Made by a program: the position numbers and the translations under genes | Part shown: in pieces, positions 10,149-20,404 of the stretch | Position numbering within the stretch: the first letter of the stretch is position 1 | How the letters are laid out: the number at the start of each line of letters is the position of its first letter | Notes under the pieces: generated by a model | What the model was told of the DNA's origin: nothing | What the model saw: the letters and a program-made list of their open reading frames with translations, nothing else | Databases searched by the model: none | Source of the DNA: an uncultured Chloroflexia bacterium | GTDB lineage: Bacteria; Chloroflexota; Limnocylindria; Limnocylindrales; CSP1-4 | Assembly: GCA_963766735.1 (NCBI GenBank) | Contig: CAVYBU010000006.1 | Location: 1-64,000, forward strand | Length of the DNA: 64,000 nt | Direction: 5' to 3'

Positions 10149-10310
10149 GTATCTGTAAAAAATGGAAGCCCCAAAAGTGCATATACTGTAAACATCTATG
10201 TAGAATTGACCGACCTTTAAAAAATGTGATATCTGTATTTTTGCCGGGGTTGGGGTACCATCTACGTATATGTAGTTTGGCGATTTTGCATGTATTCAAT
10301 ATACATGCAA
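10149..10310 (+). repeat. Composite repeat, copy E
   Basis: GTATCTGTAAAA...ACTGTAAACATCTATG (10187)...GGTTGGGGTACCATCTAC...CATGTATTCAA. Confidence 0.88.
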
Positions 10311-10441
10311 TTTTGATGAATGTGATTTTATTTATTATATCGCAAGTTTGGAGAAAGTAGTGGTTTCATCTTTATCAGGGTATTAGGTTGATAAATAAAA
10401 ATCGATATAACAACTAATGCTAAACCTAAGGATATGAAATT

Positions 10442-10825
10442 ATGGAGCCTAAAGCCAATGACAAGAGAGTATCATCTTCTTCACCAAACCTGCCTCAGAA
10501 AGTGCGCAAAATTTTAATTGTTTACCTTATATCTGCTGTTATTGTTTTGGTTATCTGTTTCATTTTTGGATGGCGATCAATAGAAAATATTGGAACCGGA
10601 TTTATATATGGTTCCTTGAGTCTGGCACTTTTCGGCGCATTGCTCTTGGCAGGGAATACGGTTCCTGCTCAACTTTCTAAACTTTCACTCCCCTCTGTTA
10701 GACGCCATCAAGAAAACGAAAGCGATGGTTCTCCGTCTAAGGATGAAGGAAAAAGATTCTTTTTTACGACTTTAATATGTGGAGCATTTTTATTTGTGAC
10801 AGGACTTATTTTAAAATTATTGTGA
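10442..10825 (+). CDS. Small membrane protein (3 TM), unknown function
   Basis: 127-aa ORF with hydrophobic segments and an AAGGA RBS. Confidence 0.7.
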   Translation: MEPKANDKRVSSSSPNLPQKVRKILIVYLISAVIVLVICFIFGWRSIENIGTGFIYGSLSLALFGALLLAGNTVPAQLSKLSLPSVRRHQENESDGSPSKDEGKRFFFTTLICGAFLFVTGLILKLL

Positions 10826-10894
10826 TATTTGGCATATCTGTAAAATGGCCCAACTGCATCAATATATCACAACTTGAGTTAAAGGGGCTGAGAG

Positions 10895-11944
10895 ATGAAA
10901 ATAGTGAAAAGGATTCTTCAAGGTTTGGGCATCTTCATTGGAATAATTGTCCTTTATCTATCAATCGTGACCTTTTTCCCTGGCTTCAAGGTTCTGGAAC
11001 AACCTCTTGAACAACGTAAGCAATTAAAAAGTGATGTAGACTCAGAACTATCTTCAAAAAGAAAAAATGTGAGTTTTAAAGTCAAAGGGACGTCGATAAG
11101 TGCATGGTTGTATCTTCCAGATAATTTATCTGTTCCAGTTCCTTGTATCATTATGGGTCATGGATTTGGGGGTACGAAAGATATGGGTTTGGAATCTTAT
11201 GCTATTCGTTTTCTGGAAGCTGGCTTTGCGGTGCTCATTTTTGATTACCGACACTTTGGCGAAAGCGAGGGAGAACCTCGGCAGTTGATATGGATTCCTT
11301 ACCAGCTGGAAGATTGGTCATCGGCGATCACTTATGCACGAGGGCTTAAGCAGATTGATCCATCAAAAATTGCTCTCTGGGGGACCTCTTTGAGTGGTGG
11401 CCACGTGATTGCAACTGCTGCAAAAGACAATCAGATTGCTTGTGTAGTCGCACAATGTCCTGGACTGGATGGTCGGGCATCCGGAGAGATGTTTTTTGAT
11501 AGAGTAGGAATCGGATATCTGCTTCGTATGGCAATGCACGGACAACGTGACTACTTGAGGTCGTGGTTTGGACTTTCGCCTCATAAAATACCAATTGTCG
11601 GAAAACAAGGAAGTATTGCTTGTTTGACTACTCCAGATGCTTACGACCATTTCAGAAAATTTGCACCAGCCAATTATATTAACGAAGTCTGTGCTCGTAT
11701 CTTTATTCGGGGAGACAAATACAGGCCGGTCAAACAGGCCCAGAATGTGCGTTGCCCAGTTCTGCTTCAGATATGCGAAAATGACAGTATAATTCCCAAA
11801 AGTGCAGCAGAAGAAACTGAAAGGCAATTAGGGAAATACGCAGAAGCGATATACTATCCAATCGGCCACTTTGATATCTATATAGGGGCTAACTTCGAAA
11901 AGGCTGTAAAGGATCAGCTTTTGTTTTTTAAGAAGCACCTGTAA
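10895..11944 (+). CDS. Alpha/beta hydrolase
   Basis: HGFGG, FDYRHFGESEGEPRQ, nucleophile elbow GTSLSG, GHFDIY. Confidence 0.92.
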   Translation: MKIVKRILQGLGIFIGIIVLYLSIVTFFPGFKVLEQPLEQRKQLKSDVDSELSSKRKNVSFKVKGTSISAWLYLPDNLSVPVPCIIMGHGFGGTKDMGLESYAIRFLEAGFAVLIFDYRHFGESEGEPRQLIWIPYQLEDWSSAITYARGLKQIDPSKIALWGTSLSGGHVIATAAKDNQIACVVAQCPGLDGRASGEMFFDRVGIGYLLRMAMHGQRDYLRSWFGLSPHKIPIVGKQGSIACLTTPDAYDHFRKFAPANYINEVCARIFIRGDKYRPVKQAQNVRCPVLLQICENDSIIPKSAAEETERQLGKYAEAIYYPIGHFDIYIGANFEKAVKDQLLFFKKHL

Positions 11945-11960
11945 TATCTCCAACAAAAAA

Positions 11961-12083
11961 CAACTATCTGGCATCACTTAAAACTGCATATACTGTAAAC
12001 ATCTATGCAGAATTGATAGGGCTTTAAAACTTGTGAAACCAAATTACGATATTTGCAATTTCACAAGATTTGGGAGTACAGCT
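11961..12083 (+). repeat. Composite repeat, copy F (degenerate)
   Basis: CAACTATCTG...ACTGTAAACATCTATGCAGAATTGA (11994)...TTACGATAT...AGATTTGGGAGTACA. Confidence 0.8.
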
Positions 12084-12120
12084 GAAACAATGTTGATATG
12101 AATATCAGAGGTTCGATGAG

Positions 12121-12651
12121 ATGAAGTCTAAAATAGCAGAAACTCTGATAGCTTCACTTGGAACACTATTTTTCCTATTTTTGATAATTCCTTTCTTTTT
12201 GATCTGGATACCCCATAGAATCCTTTTATCGCCTGAATATATTTACCGTTTTGACATCGGTATATATCGGTATTTTGGGCTGTCTCCGATAGTACTCGGT
12301 GTTGTAATATACATTTTTTGTTCTGGTAGTTTCGTATTTGTTGGCAAAGGTACACCGATACCTTTTACGCCAACTAAAGAGTTAATAGTGACTGGATTAT
12401 ACAGATTTGTTAGAAATCCATTGTACATTGCTGGAGTTCTTGTTTTGGCAGGAGAAGCAATTCTATTTCAATCTTTAGGCATATTTCTTTATTGCTTGGT
12501 AATGTTTGGGGTTTTCAATGTCCATGTCATCATGGAGGAAACTTTATTAGCAGAAAAATTTGGTGCGAGATACGAACAATATTGCAAGTCTGTTCCTCGT
12601 TGGATTCCAAGATTAAAACCCTATAGTAAAAAAGATACAGAGTCCAAATAA
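12121..12651 (+). CDS. Isoprenylcysteine carboxyl methyltransferase/PEMT family membrane protein
   Basis: GKGTPIP, LIVTGLYRFVRNPLY, EETLLAEKFG..YEQY...VPRWIP. Confidence 0.9.
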   Translation: MKSKIAETLIASLGTLFFLFLIIPFFLIWIPHRILLSPEYIYRFDIGIYRYFGLSPIVLGVVIYIFCSGSFVFVGKGTPIPFTPTKELIVTGLYRFVRNPLYIAGVLVLAGEAILFQSLGIFLYCLVMFGVFNVHVIMEETLLAEKFGARYEQYCKSVPRWIPRLKPYSKKDTESK

Positions 12652-12712
12652 ACAAATCTGCGAAGTTTCCAACTTTTTTCAGGTGAGCCTAAATTGCAGA
12701 TATCCTGCTATG

Positions 12713-12886
12713 GTATCGGAAAAAAATTGCCCGCCCAAAAGTACTGATACTGTAAACATCTATGCAAAATTGACCGGTCTTTAGAATCTGTGATATCAGA
12801 TTACGATATATGCATTTTTGCAAGAGTTGGGGTTACATCTTACGTATCCAAAGTTTGAGGAAATTTGTGATATTTTATGGTATCAA
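12713..12886 (+). repeat. Composite repeat, copy G (near consensus)
   Basis: GATACTGTAAACATCTATGCAAAA (12751)...TTTTGCAAGAGTTGGGGTTACATCT...TGATATTTTATGGTATCA. Confidence 0.9.
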
Positions 12887-13029
12887 AGGTTTTGAAAGGC
12901 GTGATCCTCGTTATATTTTCTCAAACGAAGGTTGATTTAAACTGAGACAATGGTTTGTTATTTTCAATCCTGATGAGGTAAAGATAACCTTTTGATAAAA
13001 AGACCCTGTAATTTTGAAAGGAGGTTGAA

Positions 13030-13209
13030 ATGGCTACTATAATCGTTGAGAGTAAATGGCCTGCTGCAAGTTCCGAAAAGCTTGCTAAGACATGGTTGGA
13101 AATGGGTGATGTAGCAGAATCGCAGAAAATGATTTGGGCCGGCACTTTAGATGATATTAATTTAGTAAGGATACGCTCACGGGCAAGTGAAAATTGCGTT
13201 TATGGGTGA
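13030..13209 (+). pseudogene. Short ORF probably interrupted by the IS4-type element
   Basis: Strong RBS GGAGG and ATG at 13030 (MATIIVESKWP...); coding character is lost near 13150. Confidence 0.4.
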
Positions 13210-13297
13210 ACTTTTTACCGAATAAAAAGCCTCCTTGTGGTAAGAATTACAAGCGCCAACTAATAATTCTACACCAAAAGCAAGGAGGCTAGAGACG

Positions 13298-13810
13298 ATG
13301 ATACACCAAATTGGCAGGAAATTGCGACAGCAAATTCATTATTTTTCGGGTGAACTTTGTAAGGTATGGGAACCGTGGCTTCCCGCTTTGTTGAGGAGGC
13401 CGTTTTTGGCATATCTGCCAGCGGATCTGTTCGGTTGACTGAAATCGGTCGGGCTTTAGAGGAAAAAATTCCGCTTCATGCGACCCACAAGCGTTTGAGT
13501 CGTAATTTGGCAGATCAAAGCCTTGAAGATAACCTGGGGAGCAACGTTCTCAAGTTGGGCTCAAAACGTATAAACGAAAATACGCTACTGATCGTTGACC
13601 CATCTGATGTTAAAAAAAAATACGCCAAGAAAATGCAATATCTAGCCGATGTGCGTGATGGCAGCGAGGATACAATCGGAAAGGGATACTGGTTATGCGA
13701 AATCGTTGGCTGTGAAGTCGGATCAAATGAGATTACACCGCTGGCACAAGAACTATGGTCGCAGGATGCGCCTGATTTTAAGAGCGATAACGATCAAATC
13801 CTTTACCTTG
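13298..13810 (+). mobile_element. IS4-type DDE transposase, N-terminal fragment truncated at the junction
   Basis: SVRLTEIGRAL, KRLSRNL, LIVDPSDVKKKYAKKMQYL..VRDGS..GYW; frameshift near 13365. Confidence 0.8.
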
Positions 13811-15321
13811 GCCGGGCCGGTGCAGCAGGTACCCCTGGCCCGCGTCAAAGCCCATCTCGATGACGGCCAGGAGCTGGTCGGGTGTCTCGATGCCCTCGGC
13901 GACGGTCGTCTGGCTGCGTCGCTGGGCAAGCTCGCGAAGCGCGCGCAGCACGGCCTGGGAAGACTCATCCCGGACCCCGGCCTGGACCAGCGAGAGGTCG
14001 ATCTTCATGATGTCGAACTCGAGCTCCCGCAACAGCCGGAGGCCGGCGTTGCCGGCGCCCACGTCGTCGGCCGCGATCCGCATGCCGTGCCCCCGAAGCA
14101 GCGTGATGGCCTGGCGGAGCCGGTCGAGATCCTCGACGGCCTCGCGCTCGGTCAGCTCCAGGACGATCCGGGCGGGGTCGAACCCGCGTTGGCGGACGAG
14201 CGCGAGGAACTCCTGGGGCTGGAAGGCATCTGCCTCGAGAGACCGCGGCGAGAGGTTGACCGACAGGTAGAGGTTCGCGCCCATCGTCCGCGCTCCGGTC
14301 AGGACGGTGTCGAGGCTGGCCAGGTCAAGCTCCACGGTGTGATCCGTCGACTCGGCCGCGATGAACAGGGCGCTCGCATTGGCGAACCCGGCGTCCGCAT
14401 TCGGGCGAACCAGGCCCTCGTAGCCCAGGACGCGTCCCGTCCGCAGGCAATGGATCGGCTGGTACACGGGCGTGAGGAGGCGGTCTGCCGAGACGCGGGC
14501 CACGGCGGCTGCCAGCTCCGGCAGAGACCGTCCGTCATCCACGATTCCGTGCCGGGTCGGGTCGAAGAGCTGGACGTCGGTGCGGCCGTGGCGCTTCCCC
14601 CAGTAGAGCGCGGCACCCGCCTGGTGGACCAGCTGCTTGAGATCCCTGGCCAGCTCGGGCATGGCCGAGACACCGATGGTCAGCGAGAACGGGGCGACGC
14701 CAAGCGTCCCGGAGCCACCGCTCAGTGCGCTCGCCAGGATCCGTCGCGCGGTGCCGACGGCCTCATCCGGCCCCCCGTCCGGCAGCACGATCGCGAAGTC
14801 GTCACCGCCGATCCGGAACCCACGTTCCGATCCGCGGAGGGTGCCCAGGATGATCCGGGCCGTGGCCCGGAGGATGTCGTCGCCAGCGGCCTGACCCTGG
14901 GCCTCGTTGATCTGCTTCAGGTCGTCCACGTCCAGGTACAGGAGCGCGATCGAGCCTGACTCGGCACGGGCCGATGTCACCTGGCGACCGAGCTCCTCCT
15001 GGAAGGCCCGGTGGTTGCCAAGGCCGGTCAGCCCGTCGCTCAGCGCATCCAGGCGGGCACGATCGTAGGCGTCCTTGAGCCCATCCTGCTCGTTGTCGAG
15101 ACTCGCCACCTGGCCCAGGATCCGCCGCAGGGCCAGCCCGGACAGGACGCTGAACGCGATCACGATGGACAGCCAGAGGAGCGAGCGCCCAGCGGAGCTC
15201 GGGGTTCAGTCTGCCACGCGATCAGCAGGGTCGCAGCGACCCACAGCGCGGCGCATGCAACGAACCAGCGCACCAGGCTCGTGCGAATCGTCCGCGCCAT
15301 CGGGGTCGCGGGAGTCTTCAT
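13810..15321 (-). CDS. Membrane GGDEF/EAL protein, 3' end truncated at the junction, frameshift near 15160
   Basis: DGLTGLGNHRAF, GGDDF, YEGLVR, LELTE, DDVGAG, KID, AEGIET, QGYL. Confidence 0.9.
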
Positions 15322-15543
15322 CTGGGTGGAGTCCGTCCCTGTGCGGTGCCACCGCTCGGCAGCCAACCTGTTGTACGCCCGCACCGGCAATCTGGCTCCG
15401 GTACCAAAGTCCGGGACGGCATGCCGGAGACTGGCCACCGGGGCACCGGCCAGCGTGCGGGGCTGCCCGCAGCGGCTCACCACGAGCGCGCCCGAGGGCT
15501 AGTCTGGAGTCCTTCACCCTGAAGCCACCACGGAGCGAACCCA

Positions 15544-16311
15544 ATGCGACTCGACGGCAAGGTCACGATCATCACGGGCGGCGGCAGCGGCATGGGCAGG
15601 ACCGCGGCCGAGCTGTTCGCGAAGGAGGGCGCACAGGTCGTCGTGGCGGACTTCTCGGAGGCCTCCGGCGAGGCGGCCGCGGCGGCCGTCAGGGCGGCCG
15701 GCGGCCAGGCGACGTTCGTCAGGGCGGATGTCTCCAACGAGGACGACGCTCGCGGGATGGTCCAGCACGCGATTGCCACCTATGGCCGCGTGGACGCGCT
15801 CTACAACAATGCCGGGGTCATGCCGGAGGCCGATCACTCGGTCATAGACACCGACGTGGACACCTGGGACAAGGTCATGGCCGTGAACGTGCGCGGCGTA
15901 TTCCTGGGCTGCAAGTACGCGATCCCGCAGATGCTGGAGCAGGGCTCCGGCTCCATCATCAACATCGCCAGCTTTGTCGCGATCCTCGGCTGCTCCGTGC
16001 CGCAGGATGCATACACGGCGTCCAAGGGGGCGGTCCTGGCCCTCACCCGCTCGCTGGCCGTCCAGTTCGCGGGCCGCGGCGTCCGCAGCAACTCGATCAG
16101 CCCCGGTCCCATCGAGACGCCGCTCCTCATGGACTGGCTGCTCAAGGACGAGGCCGCGAAGCAGCTCCGCCTCAACCGGAACCCGTCCGGCCGGTTCGGC
16201 AAGCCGGAGGAGATCGTCAACGTCGGGGTCTACCTTGCGTCCGACGAGTCGAAGTGGACGAATGGGGCAAACTTCGTCGTGGACGGCGGCATCAGCATCA
16301 ACTACTTCTAG
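15544..16311 (+). CDS. Short-chain dehydrogenase/reductase
   Basis: TGGGSGMG, NNAG, YTASK. Confidence 0.95.
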   Translation: MRLDGKVTIITGGGSGMGRTAAELFAKEGAQVVVADFSEASGEAAAAAVRAAGGQATFVRADVSNEDDARGMVQHAIATYGRVDALYNNAGVMPEADHSVIDTDVDTWDKVMAVNVRGVFLGCKYAIPQMLEQGSGSIINIASFVAILGCSVPQDAYTASKGAVLALTRSLAVQFAGRGVRSNSISPGPIETPLLMDWLLKDEAAKQLRLNRNPSGRFGKPEEIVNVGVYLASDESKWTNGANFVVDGGISINYF

Positions 16312-16392
16312 CCGAAGGCCGGCGGCCGCGACCGGTCTGACTGCAAGGCCGGCGACCGCGACCAGCCGGCCACCTTCGCGAGGAGCCTGCCC

Positions 16393-17301
16393 GTGAGCGA
16401 CGACACCTCTCCCCAGGACGACGCAACGACCGCCATCGCGGACGAGGCGACGGCACTGGCCGAGGCCCACGTCGGAGACGACCAGGACAAGGCGCCCGCG
16501 GCCGATGGTGAGCCGGTGGATCCCGGCGAGCGCCGGGTGGGGATCGGCGTTGACGTTGGCGGCAGCGGGATCAAGGCCGCGGCCGTGGACCTCGACACCG
16601 GGGAGCTGATCGGTCTTCGCCACCGGGTTCCCACGCCCCAGCCGTCCACCCCCGCCGCGGTCACCGCCTCGATCGCCCGGATGGTCAAGAAGATCGCCTC
16701 CGAGGTCAACCTGCGGCCCGACGTCCAGGTGGGCGTGGGCTTCCCCTCCGTCGTCATCGACGGCGTGACCCGGAGCGCCGCGAACGTCGATCCTGGCTGG
16801 GTGGACTTCGACGCGGACGGCGCCCTGGAGCGGGTGCTCAAGCGACCCGTCCACATGATCAACGACGCCGATGCGGCCGGCGTGGCGGAGATGCGGTTCG
16901 GCGCGGGCGTCGGCGAGCGCGGCACGGTGTTCCTCATCACGCTTGGGACGGGGACCGGGTCGGCGCTGTTCTACAACGGGCGGCTGATCCCGAATTTGGA
17001 GCTCGGGCACATGGAGATCCGGGGCCGGGATGCCGAGCGGCGCTCCGCCGCCGTGGCCCGCACCCGACGTGGGATCTCGTGGAAGGCCTGGGCGTCGGAT
17101 CTCGACGAGCACCTCCTCGCGATCGAGAAGCTGTTCTCGCCGCGCCTGTTCATCCTCGGCGGCGGCGTGTCCAAGCGCGCGGACCTGTTCATCCCGCGGC
17201 TGACGGTGCGGGCCCTCGTCGTGCCCGCGAAGCTGCGCAACGACGCGGGGATCGTTGGCGCGGCGATGGCCGCCGCCGAGCACGAGGCCTCAGCCGACTG
17301 A
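16393..17301 (+). CDS. ppgK: Polyphosphate glucokinase (ROK family)
   Basis: GVDVGGSGIK, NDADAAGVAE, TLGTGTG, PNLELGH, GGGVSK, NDAGIVGAA. Confidence 0.85.
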   Translation: MSDDTSPQDDATTAIADEATALAEAHVGDDQDKAPAADGEPVDPGERRVGIGVDVGGSGIKAAAVDLDTGELIGLRHRVPTPQPSTPAAVTASIARMVKKIASEVNLRPDVQVGVGFPSVVIDGVTRSAANVDPGWVDFDADGALERVLKRPVHMINDADAAGVAEMRFGAGVGERGTVFLITLGTGTGSALFYNGRLIPNLELGHMEIRGRDAERRSAAVARTRRGISWKAWASDLDEHLLAIEKLFSPRLFILGGGVSKRADLFIPRLTVRALVVPAKLRNDAGIVGAAMAAAEHEASAD

Positions 17302-17405
17302 CGTCCCCGGGGCGGAGCCCAGGTCCTGCGCGCGGGCGCGCAGTACCGAAACGTGCCGCTCCGTGCGCGGCGGGCGATGGCCTCCATCACGCTTGATCCT
17401 ATCGG

Positions 17406-19235
17406 TTGCCGGACCCGGATAATGGGCTCGTGCCGACCCTGCCCGAACTCACCATCGCGCTCGCCCCGGAGCTCCGGTTCATCCTGGACCTGGGTGTCGC
17501 CGTCGCGCTGGCGCTGGTGGGCGGGGCCGTGGCCGTCCGGCTGGGCCAGCCCCCGCTCGTCGGCTACCTCGCGGCGGGGGTCATCATCGGCCCCTTCACC
17601 CCCGGCTTCGTCGGTGACGCCGAGCAGATCGGGGAGCTGGCGGAGCTCGGCGTGGTGCTCCTGCTGTTCGCGCTCGGCGTCGAGTTCTCGCTGCGTGAGC
17701 TCGCGCGCGTCCGGCGGGTGGTCGTCCCTGGCGCGCTGGCCCAGATCCTGATCACCGCCGTGGCCGGCGCCGCGGTCGCCATCCCGCTGGGTCTCAACCT
17801 CACCGAGGCAGCCGTGATCGGCTCCGCGATCGCGATCAGCTCCACGCTCGTGGTACTCAAGATGCTGACGGAGCGAGGCGAGCTCGACAGCCTCCACGGG
17901 CGGACCGCGATCGGCTGGATGGTCATGCAGGACCTCGTGACGATCCTGCTGATCGCGATGCTGGAACCCCTCGCGGGCGCGGACCTCCTGGGTCCCGTGC
18001 TCTTCGCCGTCCTGCGCACGGCGGCTTTCCTCGCGCTGGCCTACCTGTTCGGAGCGCGGCTGCTGCCGTGGCTCCTTCGGACCGTGAGCCGGCTCGGGTC
18101 GCCCGAGCTGTTCCTGCTCACGGTCTTCGCAACCGCCCTGCTCGCCGCCTTCCTGTCCAGCGCGGTGTTCGGCCTGTCGCTGGCGCTCGGGGCGTTCGTC
18201 GCCGGGATCATCGTCTCCGAGTCCGATCTCTCCCACCAGGCGGCCAGCGAGATCACGCCCTTCCGGGACCTGTTCGCCGTCCTGTTCTTCGTGTCGGTCG
18301 GGATGCTGCTGGACCCGGCCGCGGTCCTCGACGACTGGCCGGCACTCCTTGCCCTGCTCGGTGTCGCGATGCTGGTCAAGGCAGGGCTGGGTGCGATCCT
18401 GGGCCGCCTGCTCAAGATGCCGCTGCGGAGCGCGATCCTGCTGGGTGCCACCATCGGGCAGGTGGGCGAGTTCAGCTTCCTGCTCGTGGAGCAGGCTCTC
18501 TCCCTGGGGCTGCTCGACGAGCGGGGCTACAACCTGGTCCTCGGGACGGCCGTCCTCAGCATCATCCTGACACCGCTCCTGGTCCGCGGCGCCGTGGGGC
18601 TGGTCACCCGGCTGGAGCATCGGCTGCTCGTGACCGAGCCGCCGGTTCCCGGCCAGGCTCCGACGACACGCGGAGAGCTGGCGTTCGGCGAGGATGGAGC
18701 GGAGGAACGTCCTGCGATCGTCGTGCTCGGTGGTGGCCGCGTCGGGCAGCTGGTGGTCCGCGCCGTTCGCGCCCGCGGTTTCCGGTGCGTGGTCGTGGAC
18801 CGCGACCAGAGGGCCCTCGACGAGCCGGCGTCCCTGGGCGCGGCAACCCTGTACGGGGACGCGGCCAGCCCGGCGATCCTGCGCCGCGCGGGCCTGGACC
18901 GTGCCCGCCTGCTGGTGGTCGCGATCGGGGATCCGCTGACCGCGCGTCTCGCCGTGGAGCGTGCCCGGGCCATCAACCCGCGCCTCACGGTCGTCTCCCG
19001 TGCGCGGGGCCGTGCCGAGGTGGTGACGCTCCGGGGACTCGGGGTCTCGCGGCTCGCCGACCCGGAGGTGGAGGCCGCCCTGGAGCTGGCCCGTGCCTCG
19101 CTGGCCCGGATGGGCGTCTCGGGCCCGGAACAGGCGGCCATCACCAGGGGCATCCGCCGCCGCGCCTACGGCGATCCGGGTGTCGAGGTCACCTGGGGCT
19201 CCAGCGAAGCGGAGTCGCGCCCGCCCGAGGGCTAG
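17406..19235 (+). CDS. CPA2 cation:proton antiporter with TrkA-N domain
   Basis: LAELGVVLLLFALGVEFS, ISSTLVV, QVGEFSF, GGGRVG; true start may be a few codons downstream. Confidence 0.92.
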   Translation: MPDPDNGLVPTLPELTIALAPELRFILDLGVAVALALVGGAVAVRLGQPPLVGYLAAGVIIGPFTPGFVGDAEQIGELAELGVVLLLFALGVEFSLRELARVRRVVVPGALAQILITAVAGAAVAIPLGLNLTEAAVIGSAIAISSTLVVLKMLTERGELDSLHGRTAIGWMVMQDLVTILLIAMLEPLAGADLLGPVLFAVLRTAAFLALAYLFGARLLPWLLRTVSRLGSPELFLLTVFATALLAAFLSSAVFGLSLALGAFVAGIIVSESDLSHQAASEITPFRDLFAVLFFVSVGMLLDPAAVLDDWPALLALLGVAMLVKAGLGAILGRLLKMPLRSAILLGATIGQVGEFSFLLVEQALSLGLLDERGYNLVLGTAVLSIILTPLLVRGAVGLVTRLEHRLLVTEPPVPGQAPTTRGELAFGEDGAEERPAIVVLGGGRVGQLVVRAVRARGFRCVVVDRDQRALDEPASLGAATLYGDAASPAILRRAGLDRARLLVVAIGDPLTARLAVERARAINPRLTVVSRARGRAEVVTLRGLGVSRLADPEVEAALELARASLARMGVSGPEQAAITRGIRRRAYGDPGVEVTWGSSEAESRPPEG

Positions 19236-19294
19236 GTGGTCAGGCTCGGGTCCGCGGACGCCGGGCAGAGATCCCGCCCCGATCGAGGACGCCG

Positions 19295-19958
19295 TCAGTA
19301 CTCCTCGCGGCCCCGGAACGCCTCGGGGATCACCGCGTTCGGATGCCGCAGCCGGACCCAGTCGTGGATCGCCCACCAGGACGTCTTGAAGCCGATGCCG
19401 TCCCACGGCAGCTCGTCCGCGCCGAACGCCCGGACCTCCAGTGCCTCCGGCGTGGTGTGGGCGGTGCCGCTCACGATGGGCGCCTCGAACACCAGCACGA
19501 CGACCGCCGCCTCCAGCCGCGAGTAGATGCCCACCAGCTCACCAGGCCGGACCACCAGGCCGGTCTCCTCCAGCGTCTCGCGGACCGCGCGCCTCGGCCA
19601 CCGTCTCGTCCACCTCGAGGAAGCCACCCGGCTGCGCCCACGTCCCGTACCCGGGCTCGATCCCCCGCCGCAGCAGCACCACCTCGCCCGAGTCCGTCAA
19701 CGGGATCGTGGTGACGACCACCCGGGGATTGATGTACGCGACATGACCGCAGGCGACACAGGCCAGGCGCTCGCGGTTCTCCTCCGGCAGCGTCGTGAGC
19801 GCCAGCTCCGCACCGCATCGCGCGCAGTAGTTGAGCGAGTGGGTCAGCCAGGCCGGCGCACCGCGGCCCGAGGCGATGTCGGTGGAGCGTCCGTCCGGGC
19901 CACGTCCCAGGGCCTCGACCGCGCGCCGCTCCTCGTCGTCCAGTCGTCGCTCGGTCAC
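19295..19958 (-). CDS. NUDIX hydrolase with zinc ribbon, frameshift near 19590
   Basis: YCARCG..CVACG..YINP; Nudix box PGGFLEVDET..A|VRETLEETG split across frames. Confidence 0.85.
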
Positions 19959-19959
19959 G

Positions 19960-20395
19960 TCAGGCCCCCAGCACCAGGATCGTCGCGGCAACGATCAGCA
20001 CGAGGAACACGAGGCTGACCAGGAGCCAGGCGAGCCGGAACAGGCCGCGTCCCCGGTTCACCGGCATCCACGCCCAGGCGGACCGCCAGATCCGGACCAT
20101 GGCATCCAGCGGTCGTCACGAACAGCAGCGGGGCGGCAACGAGCACGCACAGCTTGACGAGCAGGCTGCCGAAGCCCGCACCCATCTCCAGGGCGGTGAT
20201 GGCGATGGCCCCGGCCACCAGCGCGGGAGCCGAGAGCAGGACGAAGTGCTTCTGGAGCGGTGTCGGGGCGACCTCGGGGACGCTGCGAGGCGGGAGGCCG
20301 CGCAGGCTCGGTGGGAGCGAGGCGTCGCCGGACGGCCCCACGACCGCCTGGCGATCGAGGACCACCATGCCGGGCTCCCAGCGCTCGTCCTCCAT
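19960..20395 (-). CDS. Membrane protein, frameshift near 20107
   Basis: Hydrophobic helices; the second frame continues MVRIWRSAWAW...LVLGA. Confidence 0.6.
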
Positions 20396-20404
20396 CGGTT
20401 GAGC

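Noticed and set aside
609-12886. Repeats as a CRISPR array
   Set aside because: Units are 90-180 bp, degenerate and separated by whole genes; no cas genes.
13366-15163. Transposase-EAL overlap or fusion as real biology
   Set aside because: Both ORFs simply read through the chimeric junction.
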